Position numbers and translations under genes: made by a program. Of a DNA stretch of 64,000 nt, positions 52,301-64,000 are shown piece by piece (position 1 is the first letter of the stretch; every line of letters starts with the position of its first letter). The stretch is from Tubiluchus corallicola. Its lineage: Eukaryota > Animalia > Priapulida. Where the stretch lies: assembly GCA_030141605.1 (NCBI GenBank), contig JAQGDQ010000003.1, positions 2,294,001-2,358,000 of the forward strand. The letters are read 5' to 3'. The notes below the pieces were generated by a model, which ran no database searches, was not told where the DNA came from, and was given only the letters and a program-made list of their open reading frames with translations.

Positions 52301-55300
52301 GTATTTTATAAATGTTCTTAAATCAACAAATTAGAGGTTTTTGATGGCCAAATGTTAGCAAGTAAATCAATTAAGTTCTTTCAATTTAAATTTTAATTTT
52401 TGTACTTACAATATAACACCATTATAGTGAGCATGGCTTATAGCATAAACACCAGTAAGGCAAACTGACAAAAAAGAAGGAACTTCTTCATTTATTTAAC
52501 AAGTGTAATAGCTTTCAATGCACCGTACTCGCTTATGGCATATTGCGTAGTTTTTATCAAGCTCCATTGAATGCAGTACTATATATAACCTTTTATTGCA
52601 CACTTTACATGTTCCTGCCATTTCAGCTAATTCACAGTTAAATGTCATTCAGTAGTTGTCAACCTAGTTTTATAATTTGTAACATGTGATCAGCAACATA
52701 AACAAACACCAGCAGAGTAATCATGTCACTGAGCAAAGAAAAGAGAGTGGACCGTTCTCTTTCTGAAAAATACAAAACTTTATCTTTGGACTTATGCTGC
52801 AATGCAGTTGATAGCACCTTCTAAAAGTATTTTTAGGAGTTCACATAAAGCTATAAGGCAACACCTGCATACTATTTATACATGACAATTATTAATACAA
52901 GCTTGTTCACCCATTAATTATATACATTAGTCGCATATACATATAAAGTACCTTGGTTATAGTGTACTTTTTTGGGTATCTGGCAAGTTCACTATAGTGA
53001 TGTTAAACTGCAGTTATAAGTGTGCTATAAAGCATTGCCGAATAATTATTTTTATAATTATTATTTACAATTAGGCTAAAGGCTTTCTGAATTTAGAACT
53101 AGTTAGGCTCACATGCATCAGTTACTGAAATTGACTGACAATTAAAAGCTTGGTTTACTGATTTATTTCCTTTTTGCTACAATTTTTCTACTAATTTGAC
53201 CTGCAGACTGGTGAGGCCCCCAAAGAATGGGGATCCTAGGCATGTGCCCAGTGTGCCTAGTGGATAATTCGACACTGGGTGGTTGTCAGACTATGTAACC
53301 ATTTCAAATTCTCTGAGTAAAAAGCATGAAGCACAAATACATGTGATATTGCGATCAGCTAAAAATTATTCAAAGTTTTAAACAGACTACTTTCAAAATT
53401 GACTAAGGCCAGCTAAACTAGCTTGACAAACGCACAGCTGGAATAAACGTTTTATATGAACGCTTTACGATGATAAGCAAATCAAACAATAGGGCTTCAC
53501 TACACCTAAAAAGAATGGCTGACTTTTTTATTTTTCTTTTGTGAAAAAGAAGTAGCAAAACACCCATTACCTTTCAAGCTTTGAAAAGTTGGCGGAGATG
53601 TTTCAAACAGAAATGCTTCTGCCAAGTAAAATCCCAGTGAAACAAATGTGGAAAATAAGTACATTTGAAACTGCTGCTCAACAAATTTTCTTTGGTCATT
53701 TTTAAATAGATACTGAAAATATAAATGAAACATGTTTAAAAAGTATATCTTTTATACATAACAAAATTGCTCGCACATTTTGCAAATGCTCCAGAAATAT
53801 GATCAATAAGATTAAGAAAAAACAGGCTGCACAGGCTTGTAAGGTATTTTATAAGGCAACAATGTTCAAGCTATTTGCTAATTCATTATGTCACAAGTAA
53901 AACATGGTATGCGAAACAGAGTTAATTCCAGCAATATGCCCCTTAAGTGTGGAAAGCGTAACAGAATTTTTTTTTACTGGTATAAGAAAATCAAAATTAA
54001 AAATTGTATTTACACTGATAAAATTAACTTCAGTTCAGTTCAGCTCAGTTCAATTTTATTTTGTCATGCACTACAATACAAAAATGTATTGTGCTGTAGG
54101 TTTAAACAAAGGTTATAATAATGATTGCCATGCACAGTTTTTAAACTAGAAATAAAAATTTGTGATAACAAAGTGTTCATACCTCAGTAAAAACGGATGC
54201 AATCACAGATAGTCCTGCTTGTAAAAGGCTGAGTAGTAAAGCTATAATGAGGGAAGAAAGTAATCCCTCCCCAGTATCACCTAAAATTAATATTGTATTG
54301 AGTCAAAGTTTCCACTTAATTTTTAAACTTGGAAGTATATACAAAATTGACGTGCAAATCTCGGTATCATGGTTAGTAGGAGGTTTTCTTGTAATAATGA
54401 CTAAAATTAGTTTCTGAAACGATGAAATCTTTGCCTGTTAAATGTACAGTTACTATAATTTTAGCAACATCTAATCATTATAATCATCAGTATTACAACA
54501 ACGCTGAGAGTTTAATAATGAATAAATGAACTTACTACATGTATAGAAAAATTACATTTACAGCACTAGTAACAAAATTTCACTGGATAACCATTCGTGC
54601 AAAAAATAATTTCAAAAATTAATATAACTGTAAATTAGCCAGACAACCAGAAAAAAAAGCACAAGAATTCCACCATTATGAGATTATTTACATTTTAACT
54701 ACATTGTCAGAAACTGAAAAAGAGTAAAACGACAGTTAATAAGGAAAGCTGTTCAGGGAGTACTGGGATGCCAGTTGTACACTTTGTGTCATTTCTTAAT
54801 TAGGCACTGGAGAAAATTAGAGTTACATAATATTAGATGCTTCCATTGATTTGCAGTATGTAACATATAAATCGAGGCGAAATCTATTTATTTTTGTATT
54901 CAGCTTAAGTAGGTGCACTACGTTAATGTGAGTTAAATCTAATTGAACAGAATTCCAAACAGTCTCATCTGTTTACATACACAGCAAGACTTATATCGGT
55001 TAATGCCGAAAGCTGGATACATGTATATCAGCTAACCAGCGATGCGTATTGCATAATTTATAAAACTTACTGGTAGTACAACGTATAAACTAGGAGGTGG
55101 TCAGACTGTGACACTTTTTTCACATTTTTGGTGAATTAACAGAACTTATACTTTCAGAAAAAAAAGCAGCAAGATTGCTTTGGAAACTCTCTCTTAATAA
55201 GCAAGTGGCTGATAAATTTGCATTTATCAAAACTAGATTTACTTTAAAAATGCATCAGTTTAAAACTTATTATCAATTAGATGCCCTACAGATTTTTAAT

Positions 55301-57367
55301 TACATTTAGGTTTCAAATGTTTCTTTATCAGAATTTCTATTTGCAAACTTTGCCTAATTTTTGCCAAAGTAACCGCACTTCTCTTCATGTTACAATGCTG
55401 TTACAACAAGCGATATTCTGGAGATTACACTTTAGTCTCACATGTAACATAATGTAAATAATTTTGCCAAGGCACGACTAGCAGATCATAATTATACACC
55501 ATAACATCAGAAATTTAGCACATACCATAACCAGTCCTATTTATACTTTTATAATAATTATATTAAAATCTATTTATAGACATTAATAAAGGAAAACTGT
55601 TAGTAAGGGATTACAGCAGCTTTATCAGCATAATAAGTAACGTGTTGTGCATGCACAAAAGATTTAGCCCACAGACACAATTCTAGCTCATGTTCTTTAA
55701 TCATTGTATACAATTGCCCCATGCATTTATTAGTTCTACACAGAGTGACATCACTAAAAGTTTTACCAAAAATGCAGATAATAACAAAACTATAGCTTCT
55801 CTATATGACACTAAAAGTTACCTTTTAACTGAGTCATTGCTATGGCAATCACAAGTAGTACTAATCCAACCCACTGAACTTTTGTTACTTCTCGCTTAAA
55901 CCAGAATCTGTACACAAGTGCAGTAATAATTACCTAGAAATAAAAAATCCTAAAATGAAGCTCAAGCCTATAAAATTTTACAAATAATTTGTTGTTGTTT
56001 ATCAGGAATCTAAAAATAAATATAAGTAAACAAAGTTTACATGGTTCGTGTTTCAAAAAAGTAGTTTTCAAAACGCTCTTTTTTAATTTCTAGACGTGTC
56101 AGTTAAGTAACTAACACCTAAATATAATTAATTTAATATATACAGAGCTAAGGTGGTGTCTGACATGTACAATTTCACTCTGCCAACCATTCTTTTTATA
56201 TGTACCGTATTTTCCCGTGTATAAGAGACCCTTTTTTGCTCAGAATTTTCACTTTCAAAATAGGGGGTCTCTTATACATGGGAGTAAGTCTTTTCAATAA
56301 GATGCATAAATTGTGACACTAATGATTTTAAAGAAATAAGTGCTCTACAACTGTTTTGCGTGTCGCGTTCGACTATGAAGCGGTTGTAAGCAATACAAGC
56401 ATCGTGACACAGGCATTATCTCCTCGTTTTCTCTTTTCCTGTTACAGGTTTGCAGGTACGCACTTTAATATATACCAGTACTCTTTTTCTACAACACATT
56501 AACTGGTTTTATTTTGTTTTCAGTACCGCACTGAGTTGAAAAAAGTTGTACTTTACCCTCTAAAAATGTCCGTCTGAAAAAACTTTTTTCCAGAATTTTT
56601 GCCTAAAAATTGAAGGGGTCTCTTATACACAAGGGTCTCTTATACACGGGAAAATACGGTAAATGCAGAAAACATTTTTTGATCCTTGCATAACACAATA
56701 TTTAAAGAATAACGTTACATGTAAATGTAACTACGACAATTATATTACTATTCTGCAGCTTAACACGACATTTACAGATTACTAAGACAAAATCAGATAC
56801 ATGTAAAAGTTTAAATTCATTTACCCGTGATTGTATCAGCACACTCCAAATTGGGGGAGTGACATAATGAAGCGCAAAAAAATATAGGTTGTTTGTGGTT
56901 GCATACACAATGGATGGTACAGCAAACATAAAGGACATCGTCACTTTTGTCAAGGCACCACTCCTGATTAACAATACCATCATCAGTAGTAGCTTGGTGC
57001 TTTCTGTGGCAAAAACGATGCTGGTTTGTGGAACGGGATATGATTCCTTGTTGTAATATTGGACCCCATAGCTTGTGATTTGTTTTCCGACTTCCATGCT
57101 GATAAATGAAAAGCAGAAAAACAGAGCTAACCATGGTGGCACATTTGCGCGAGCCAGTGATACAATGGGTTTAGGTTTACTTGGGCTGGCTGCTCCAGAT
57201 GTTGGAAGCGAGGAGTGTTCTGATTCCTCTAGCAAATCATGATTCTCTTTTGACATCTTCATCTTTTTATGAAAAACATTTCTTTCACCATTAAAGCTTG
57301 CATCGTTATAGGCTCTGGCTGAGAACCTGTTGACTAGAAGGGATTTGTTGGAATCACTGGACGGCAT
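49312..57367 (-). CDS. SLC35A-family nucleotide-sugar transporter, 416 aa, 5 coding exons
   Basis: Exons (minus strand): 57367-56825, 55933-55822, 54280-54183, 53712-53571, 49667-49312, total 1251 nt in frame, with an in-frame TGA just upstream of the ATG. Motifs: VFATESTKLL, FAVPSIVYATTNNL, QSRVIITAL, QWVGLVLL, ASVFTEYLFK, GGIAVASIVKKLDNIVK. The exact paralogue (A1-A5) cannot be resolved by eye. Confidence 0.92.
53210..53277. mobile_element. Single hAT-like MITE terminus within a degraded repeat-rich intron
   Basis: GAGGCCCC...CTAGGCATGTGCCCAGTGTGCCTAGTGGATAATTCGACACTG resembles the ends of hAT non-autonomous elements. A partner end with a matching target-site duplication was not found. Confidence 0.4.
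56205..56659. mobile_element. Tc1/mariner (pogo/Tigger-like) MITE, 455 bp
   Basis: Perfect terminal inverted repeats CCGTATTTTCCCGTGTATAAGAGACCC / GGGTCTCTTATACACGGGAAAATACGG, flanked by TA on both sides, with subterminal repeats of GGGTCTCTTATACA. Confidence 0.92.
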
Positions 57368-58825
57368 GTAGTGCACACTTCAGCTAAACATAACGCAAAG
57401 AAACCTGCTGAAACATATTAATCAATCAGGTAAAGTATTACTATTTTAAAAATTCCTCCTCTGTTCCAGTTTCTGTGATCTGATCTATGAATTGCATTAA
57501 TCTAAAGGATTAGGCTGCATATGGTTTTCCATTATGTTTCTTGATTACAACTTTTACAAACTCTACCTTTTTTCACCTGTAAAAACTAGACTGCTTACTT
57601 GCTTTCATAAAAACGTTGCTGTTTAAGGCATTACTATCATTTATAATGAATACTTACTATCGTAATACTTATCTTCGAAATGTGAATTTACATAAGAGAG
57701 TAAGTTTGCAATCCTTGGAACAATGAAACTTGTTATAAAAAAAGAGGTATGGCACTTATTTCGTGTACCTTGTACAGTTGTAATATGCGAGTGAAAATTA
57801 CAAGCAAATGTATGATGCCTCATTGGTTCGCAAATTTAAAGTGATTTTATAAAATGTGAAGTAAGTGCTCACTGCCCTTTTACTGCTAACACATTCTAAC
57901 AGTTTCTAACATTTCCTAATTTTCTGCTTAACAATTACTGAATTAGAATTAAGTCTACATCATGGCTCTAGCATTTTGCTGTGGGGTGGATTATCAAAAA
58001 AATTATTTAAGCAGGCTGACATTGCAAATGGTTTATCATATTCATCCATATCAGACGAAAAATCTGAAATCTGCCATGAAGGCAAAATTTCAGATTAAAA
58101 GTGATTCTTCTTCTAGCAATATTGGAAATAATGGGTCGTGTTCCTAGCCGATTTTATAGTGCAATGCACATGTGTGTTCCATTATTTGCTGTGGTACTGA
58201 TGTGTGTTTACTTAACTGCTACTTAATGGGTGTCAAATGTTTTATCAAGTATATCTGTTTGTTGTTTATCTATTCATGACTAATTTACAACTGATATTAC
58301 TGAAATTACATTTACTGTAATCTGTAATCTTAGAACATCTGTGTTATTTAGTTCAATTCCCAACGATTACTTCAGGTCAGAATTGATGCACATAATTCCT
58401 AGAAGTGTGCGATCTATCAGCATCGACCATGCGTCTGAACAAGTATGTCCGTGTTCATCAGGAGTTGTAGATAGTTGTATTGTGTATGTAGTGTGACAGG
58501 GGGAAATGTTTAATGGTGTTTTTATTATAGCTCGGCAGGATGATATACATGTACAAAGCTTGGTTCGAAAATCACATCTGGCATTATTAACAAAGGTAGT
58601 TTGTATTAGACTACACTTTATTTTACATATGACATGATGAAACACAAACATATAAGGATAATGAAAAGATGACAAGTTAGAAGCATTAAGCCATTAGTAA
58701 ATTACCATAAATTTATATTCAAAGCCGAATTACAATTGCAAATGCCAAAATACAAAACGTACTAGCTGTACAGCACTAGCTCAATGTTAGGATTAGAGTC
58801 TCCCGATGTAGCAACAGATGATGTA

Positions 58826-58955
58826 GATAAAAACTGCACGGGTAAAAACAAAATAAAAAATCGCATAGGAAAAAAATGGCGCAAATGGAAAAGTAGATAA
58901 AAATGGTACAGTAAAAATAGCACAGAAAAAATGGCCCAGGAAAAAATGAGACACT
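58826..58955. repeat. Solo arm of a foldback-type element (AAAAATGGCACAG-like tandem units)
   Basis: Degenerate ~15-bp units G(T/G)AAAAA(T/A)GGC(A/G)CA; no opposite arm was seen. Confidence 0.45.
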
Positions 58956-59194
58956 TAGTAAAATCTGAATTTATGGTTAGGGTTACTGTGGGTGATAATT
59001 ATTTTGGATTTTTTATCTGTCAAGGAAGATGTGCTTCAACACAGTTTGGTTGTTTTGTCTGTTATAGAACTAAGACTATTACGCAAAAACTACCTAATAG
59101 ATTTCCACGAAACTTTATGGAGAAGGCAGGCATAGGGCGCCAAAATGAGCATTTATTTGTCAGTTTCTTTGCAAAATTTGATCAAACACCATGT

Positions 59195-59400
59195 ACATCA
59201 TAGGACATTCACTCAAAATCAACAAGAAATATGTTTCAAAATGGGGAAGAAGACACAATTTCTTTGCAGCTCATGTTGTAAATGCCTGGAAGAAGCTTCG
59301 TGAATATGTAGTGAGTGCTTCTTCAGTTTCTTAATTTAAATCTTGATTAGATCGCCTCTGGGCTAATCACTGGGAAAAATACATTGATCCTAGACTTCCA
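59195..59400 (+). mobile_element. CR1-like LINE extreme 3' fragment
   Basis: Translations GHSLKINKK and RHNFFAAHVVNAWKKLREYVVSASSVS*FKS*LDRLW match the canonical CR1 ORF2 end. Confidence 0.75.
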
Positions 59401-59809
59401 CAGTGGCAACAAGATGCTTCGATTTTTGAGGGAACCTGACACTATTGATCATACAAAGAAAAGCACAATGATACTATCTTCAGGATAGTATAGTTAGCAC
59501 CACCACCTGCTAGAAAACTTAAAATCCATAAAGCATCCAGAGCAGATCGGAGAGGTAAAAAGCAGGTAAAGCATTTTTGCTTAACCCCTATCCATGCTGT
59601 AAGATAGATATTTAGATATGACATACGGGGTTACAATAAGCTTGCTTGATTAACCTCTACCACTCTTTATGTTTTGAGCGGCGGTATGGTATGGTATGAT
59701 ATATATTTTAAATAGAATTATAATCAATAATAACGATATACAACACAGTGTTCATCAACCTTTCTTAACCATTAATATTATCAATTGCTAATAGACTGAC
59801 ATATATGTA

Positions 59810-60407
59810 TTTAGTGAACTTCCAGCAATCTCAGGCTCGACAAATTAAAAGGAAGCAGTTCAAGAGAATTTTGGAAAGGAATTAATAAAATATGCGATTC
59901 GGTCAAAAATGACACCAATTCGGAAATTACATTAGATACACTTCTCAATTATTATAGCAGATTGTTCCAAAATGAAAAGAAAAACGAACCATCCTCTCAA
60001 ACACAAATAAAGCTAGTCTACTTAAAGCAGGTAACAATAGCACAAGCACTTCTTTAATGAAAAACTGCCCCATTACAATCAAAGAAGTAAAAAATCAAAT
60101 TTTTAGATTAAAATCAGGAAAAACAGCTAGGTTAAATGGCATTTCAAATGAAATGATAAAAGCTTCTGTTGACATACTTGCTGCACTGCTGGTTAAACTT
60201 GTGAATTTAACTCTTGAGAAGGGCACTTACCCTGACACATGGGCAAAAAGCGTGTTGACACCTATACTAGGAGGTGGAGATGCCAAGGATCCAAAAAACT
60301 ACAGAGGAATTTCAGTTATTCCCTGTCTAGGAAAAGTTTTTAATTCTATCATCAATGAAATAATTGTTACTTTCATTGAAGACAATAACCTTTTCTCCGA
60401 TCATCAT
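59810..60407 (+). mobile_element. LINE ORF2 fragment (N-terminal part of the reverse transcriptase)
   Basis: ORF 60057-60455 reads ITIKEVKNQIFRLKSGKTARLNGISNEMIK...GTYPDTWAKSVLTPI...DPKNYRGISVIPCLGKVFNSIIN. Similarity stops abruptly at ~60407. Confidence 0.88.
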
Positions 60408-61740
60408 ATCAAAATCAAATCATTTATTGTTTTTCCCACATACACCATCGATTAAAGCTTAGTAGCATAATTATAATAGCCAATCAAATGGGAAGGGGTG
60501 GCGAAGAACATGCATTATCGTATCAGCCACCCCAATTCAGTTCTGTTAAAATTATAAATATTTTCAAGAGTTTATTCATTTCCACATTGCATCTTAGAAT
60601 TATCATTAAAATACAGATAATTATCAATTTAAGTAAATATAAAATATAAATATAAATAAATGCAGTATTATCGAGAAATTACAAAATGCAGCATATACAT
60701 GTGCAAATTACATTACAGAATAATTTTGATGCATACAGTGCAGACAATAACTAATCAAAAATAATGAAATATTGAATTATGAACTTGTTTACATCTATAT
60801 AACATAAGAGAAAAACGCCAAAAACGAAATTTCACATTCTAAATGAGCAAAAAAAGAAATAACATTAACAAAGAAATGAATTGCATGTAACTCGAATTTA
60901 AGGGATTTTAGTAATAACATCAGTTTGGTATCAGAAAGAACTCGCGTACAACAGACTGTTTGCTAATTCTACACTCTCTTATTCGACAGGCCACAAACCA
61001 AAAAGGAGTTCAACTTTATACCTGCTCAGAGTATTATCCGTTCAATTAAGTTTCTGCCGTTTTATTCCTGGTCCACTTTTTCATTTCATGAAATCACACT
61101 ACGGGGAATCTTCCAACTAAATTTAGATTGATTTTATGTGCCTTTTCGCGCTACACTGCACTTGCATGGGAAATAATGAAACCTATTACAGAGACTCTTC
61201 AACACTGTAGTAGCTTTATTCTATCTCGAAATTTACTTCTCCAATTTCCTTAAAATGCTTTCCTTTGTAAAGCAAACAATCGTTCACATATTTGTATGCT
61301 TTCAGCAAATTTTTACCAAAACAGCTTTTAGAATCCTCTTTTGAAACTTCACCTACATTTCTCTAATCCTTACTACAAGTACATAAATGTTTTGTTGTGT
61401 CTAATTCACTACAGCACATTGAACACATTAAATTTCGCATGAAGCCTCATAATTTGCATTTCTTTGACCATGTTGTCTTAAATCCAAAATAGTTTTAACT
61501 CCTACATGATAAAATTTAGTAAAATACTCCTTGTTCCCATTTATTGCTTTCCAGTGCTTTTATTTATATTTCGTATTGCATTTTTCTTGTATTACAGATG
61601 TTATTTCAGATTTTAAATGTTTTCCATTCTGATTTCTTTTGATTTTTCACACATTCCTTGTCAATAATAATTTCATAAACATTTGCTATTTTTTCAATTT
61701 CATTATACCAACAGCCATCATACCGGTATTTTGTTTGCTG
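60408..61740 (-). mobile_element. Degraded minus-strand retroelement 3' portion
   Basis: A minus-strand tail CAATAAATGATTTGATTTTGAT lies at 60408-60430, and a CCHC-like C-terminal motif LMCSMCCSELDTTKHL at ~61385-61432. The extent is uncertain. Confidence 0.45.
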
Positions 61741-61769
61741 ATTGATGACGTTGCTGGCTAAAGTTTGAC

Positions 61770-62830
61770 TTCCTGACATCAAGAATTCTGTGAAACATGT
61801 TTACCACATTCCCAATTCTGACATTAAACACTGTTATATGGAATTATCAGTGTTGCTTTCCCAAAATGGCGACTCGTGTCAAGGGTTTCATAACCCTCAC
61901 TTGAATATCTTTGAAGATCTGAATTATTTAAGGCTAATATGCAGAAAACTGGCGAATGTCAAATTTTTTATAATCTTGCCTCTTTGTCACAAGATTCACA
62001 TAATTTGCTGCATTTTCTTAGTATTTAGCTGCTTTCTATAAAGGTCAATCCTGTGTAAATCACATTACTGGTGTAATAGTGTTGGAACGAGTAGAGGCTA
62101 TAGCAAAAGATGACAAATAAACATTTACCTAGACTTTTTGGCCCAAGATCATAGTATACTACACCATTGTTTTAGCTACTGCTGCAGGTACACACAAAAC
62201 AAGTTTCGTGTCTATTTCCTGTATGTTTTCACTTACGACACACCGTTTTAAGTCTTTTGCCTGTGACCTGGCCATACCCACTTTTGAACAATGTTGCCAC
62301 TACACTTGCCTGGTTACCCACAATAACCTTCGATATCAGACTGATTAAATGCTTGTATTTCACAGGCAAAAGCCTGGGTTAAAAAGGGTTGTGTCAATAA
62401 GCGAAAAGGTACAGGAAATAGTCACGAAACTTGTTTTGCGAGAACCATCAGTAGTAGCTAAAACCACAGTGTAGTGTACTGTGATACCGGACCAAACAGT
62501 CTACGTCAATGTTTATTTTTCAATTTTTGCTACAGCCTCTACTGGTTCCAGCACTATTACACCAGTAATGAGATTTACACAGGATTGACCTTTATAGAAA
62601 GCAGCTAAATACTAAGAGAATGCAGCAAATTATGCGAACTGTGTCACAAAGAGTCAAGATTATAAAAATACAACATTTACCAGTTTTCTGTGTTAGCCTT
62701 AAATAATTCAGATCTTTGAAGAGTTATGAAACTTTCAGCATGAGTCGCCCTGTTGTTACAGCAACACTAATGTTCGCAACGTCAGAAAACAAAGATGGCA
62801 ATATCTTTAATTTCTGATGTTGTCAGAAAC
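61770..62830. repeat. Long imperfect inverted repeat (~420-500-bp arms, ~93-bp spacer); foldback-like element
   Basis: The core of the left arm (~61848-62266) is the reverse complement of ~62360-62768. One perfect block is CTTAGTATTTAGCTGCTTTCTATAAAGGTCAATCCTGTGTAAATC versus GATTTACACAGGATTGACCTTTATAGAAAGCAGCTAAATACTAAG. Confidence 0.93.
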
Positions 62831-63797
62831 AACAGTCATGCAACTAGTTTAATTACAATATTACATTATCATGATTGTGTTTGATAAACCATTGTGCTTA
62901 GTAGAGTAATTTAAAACAAATATAACAATACTATTAAATCCATATAAGCAAATCTTAATGACCAAATGTGTTTAATAAAAATGCTATTTTTCAGTTAATG
63001 AATTTTATGACAACATAATAACAAACAATTACAAAATTAATGTGCCAACAAAGCAAAGAAAGTACATAAAACGTCTGGTGCATTGTGAGAGCGTGAGAGT
63101 ATCGTAAGTTCGCTATGGAGTGCATTAGTTGTGTATTATTATGTTTTTGTTATGTTTAGGCACTCCTGGCATTTTATTATTAGGCTATAAATTAAACCAC
63201 ATTAGGTGGTTATTTTCAGCCAAGTTTTCTGATGCTTTTTTTGCACAATGAATCCAATATTACAGTCACGTTTAATTACCATATGTATATATATATAAGC
63301 TGCTAACATAGTAATTTTAGGCCATATTATGGGCTGTTGCAAGTAACTGCCAGCTCGATCCATACTTAAGCAGCTGCTGATAGCACGATCTATAGCAGCT
63401 GTTGCAACAAAATTACAAATTATATATAAAGCACAGTTAGATGCCAATAAAAGCGGTCAAAACCAAAAACATGTAATGTTTTGTTTGTGTTTTTTTTATA
63501 TAGTAAATACAAGGAACTTTACAATGCTCTTATGTTGGGACCAAACTATTGGGATCTGCAGGAACATAATCACTAAGATAAAGACTGATTGAATGACTGG
63601 ATGTACAGTGATGTAATCAGCTATTGAAGGCTGCAGCTGGGAATACATAATCAATAACATCCTAATTTCTGAAATTTCAACAGCAACCCAATCTCCTATA
63701 CTTAGCACGCTATAATTATAACAGCTACATGACTATTTTATACCACATAAGTTTTGCAATAAATTCAGCCTCTTATAGTCCAAATTCAGTACTTGAA

Positions 63798-64000
63798 CTA
63801 CAATTTAGCTTTCCCAGCATTTAGTACAGTTTGTAGCTTTTGTGGAAGAAAAAAGTCTCCTTTTATTTTAACTTTGCCTTGCATAAATGCTCTCTGTGGG
63901 TCTAACTTGCCCAAAATAAGATTAGTAACATCTGAATCATCAATTGTCAATGTACATCCTGGAATTCCAGTAGTTGATGGTCCTGCATAAATTGACCCAT
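63798..64000 (-). CDS. C-terminal SCP2 sterol-binding domain with PTS1 (last exon of an SCP2/HSD17B4/HSDL2-type gene; continues beyond the window)
   Basis: The minus-strand frame 63998-63798, absent from the ORF track, reads GSIYAGPSTTGIPGCTLTIDDSDVTNLILGKLDPQRAFMQGKVKIKGDFFLPQKLQTVLNAGKAKL*. This has the SCP2 signature GKLDPQxAFMQGKxKIKGD and a terminal AKL. Confidence 0.9.
   Translation of the reverse strand, partial: GSIYAGPSTTGIPGCTLTIDDSDVTNLILGKLDPQRAFMQGKVKIKGDFFLPQKLQTVLNAGKAKL

Noticed and set aside
50183-53277. One 3.1-kb hAT element bounded by CAGTGTCGA inverted repeats
   Set aside because: The match is only 9 bp and the flanks (AATGCCTC versus GGTGGTTG) are not a target-site duplication.
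63496-63708. 70-aa hydrophobic minus-strand ORF
   Set aside because: It has a non-ATG start, lies in the probable 3' UTR of the SCP2-domain gene and shows no motif.
57384-63797. Homologue of the vertebrate SLC35A4 uORF microprotein upstream of the transporter
   Set aside because: No ORF with recognisable similarity was seen; a profile search would be needed to exclude it fully.
63840-63860. Suspected frameshift generating the PTS1 end of the SCP2 domain
   Set aside because: On recount the run has six T on the minus strand (GAC TTT TTT CTT), so the frame is continuous to AKL*.

Overview
AT-rich, intron-containing animal (probably invertebrate) genomic DNA. Six protein-coding loci can be rebuilt by hand from splice sites and reading-frame phase. 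(1) An NHS/GUK-holder-like WAVE-complex regulator (+, 5'-partial, CDS 8586-17481). (2) Site-2 protease MBTPS2 (-, CDS 26113-19119). (3) An LRR-LRRCT-FN3 cell-surface protein with a probable GPI signal (+, 30528-34570). (4) Monoglyceride lipase MGLL (+, 39318-46226, needs one GC-AG intron). (5) An SLC35A-family nucleotide-sugar transporter (-, 57367-49312). (6) The 3' end of an SCP2-domain protein ending in the peroxisomal signal AKL (-, runs off the window end). The most notable inferred arrangement is that MBTPS2 appears to be transcribed from a short CpG-rich promoter shared head-to-head with MGLL (~39.2 kb), through a ~13-kb multi-exon 5' leader. That leader would carry several Cys/His-rich uORFs and host the whole LRR gene antisense inside an intron. 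Introns and intergenic DNA hold MITEs (hAT, Tc1/mariner), foldback-like elements, hAT transposase remnants, LINE fragments, a ~1-kb palindrome and tandem repeats. All family assignments come from recognised motifs, not database searches, and UTR exons are inferred without transcript data.
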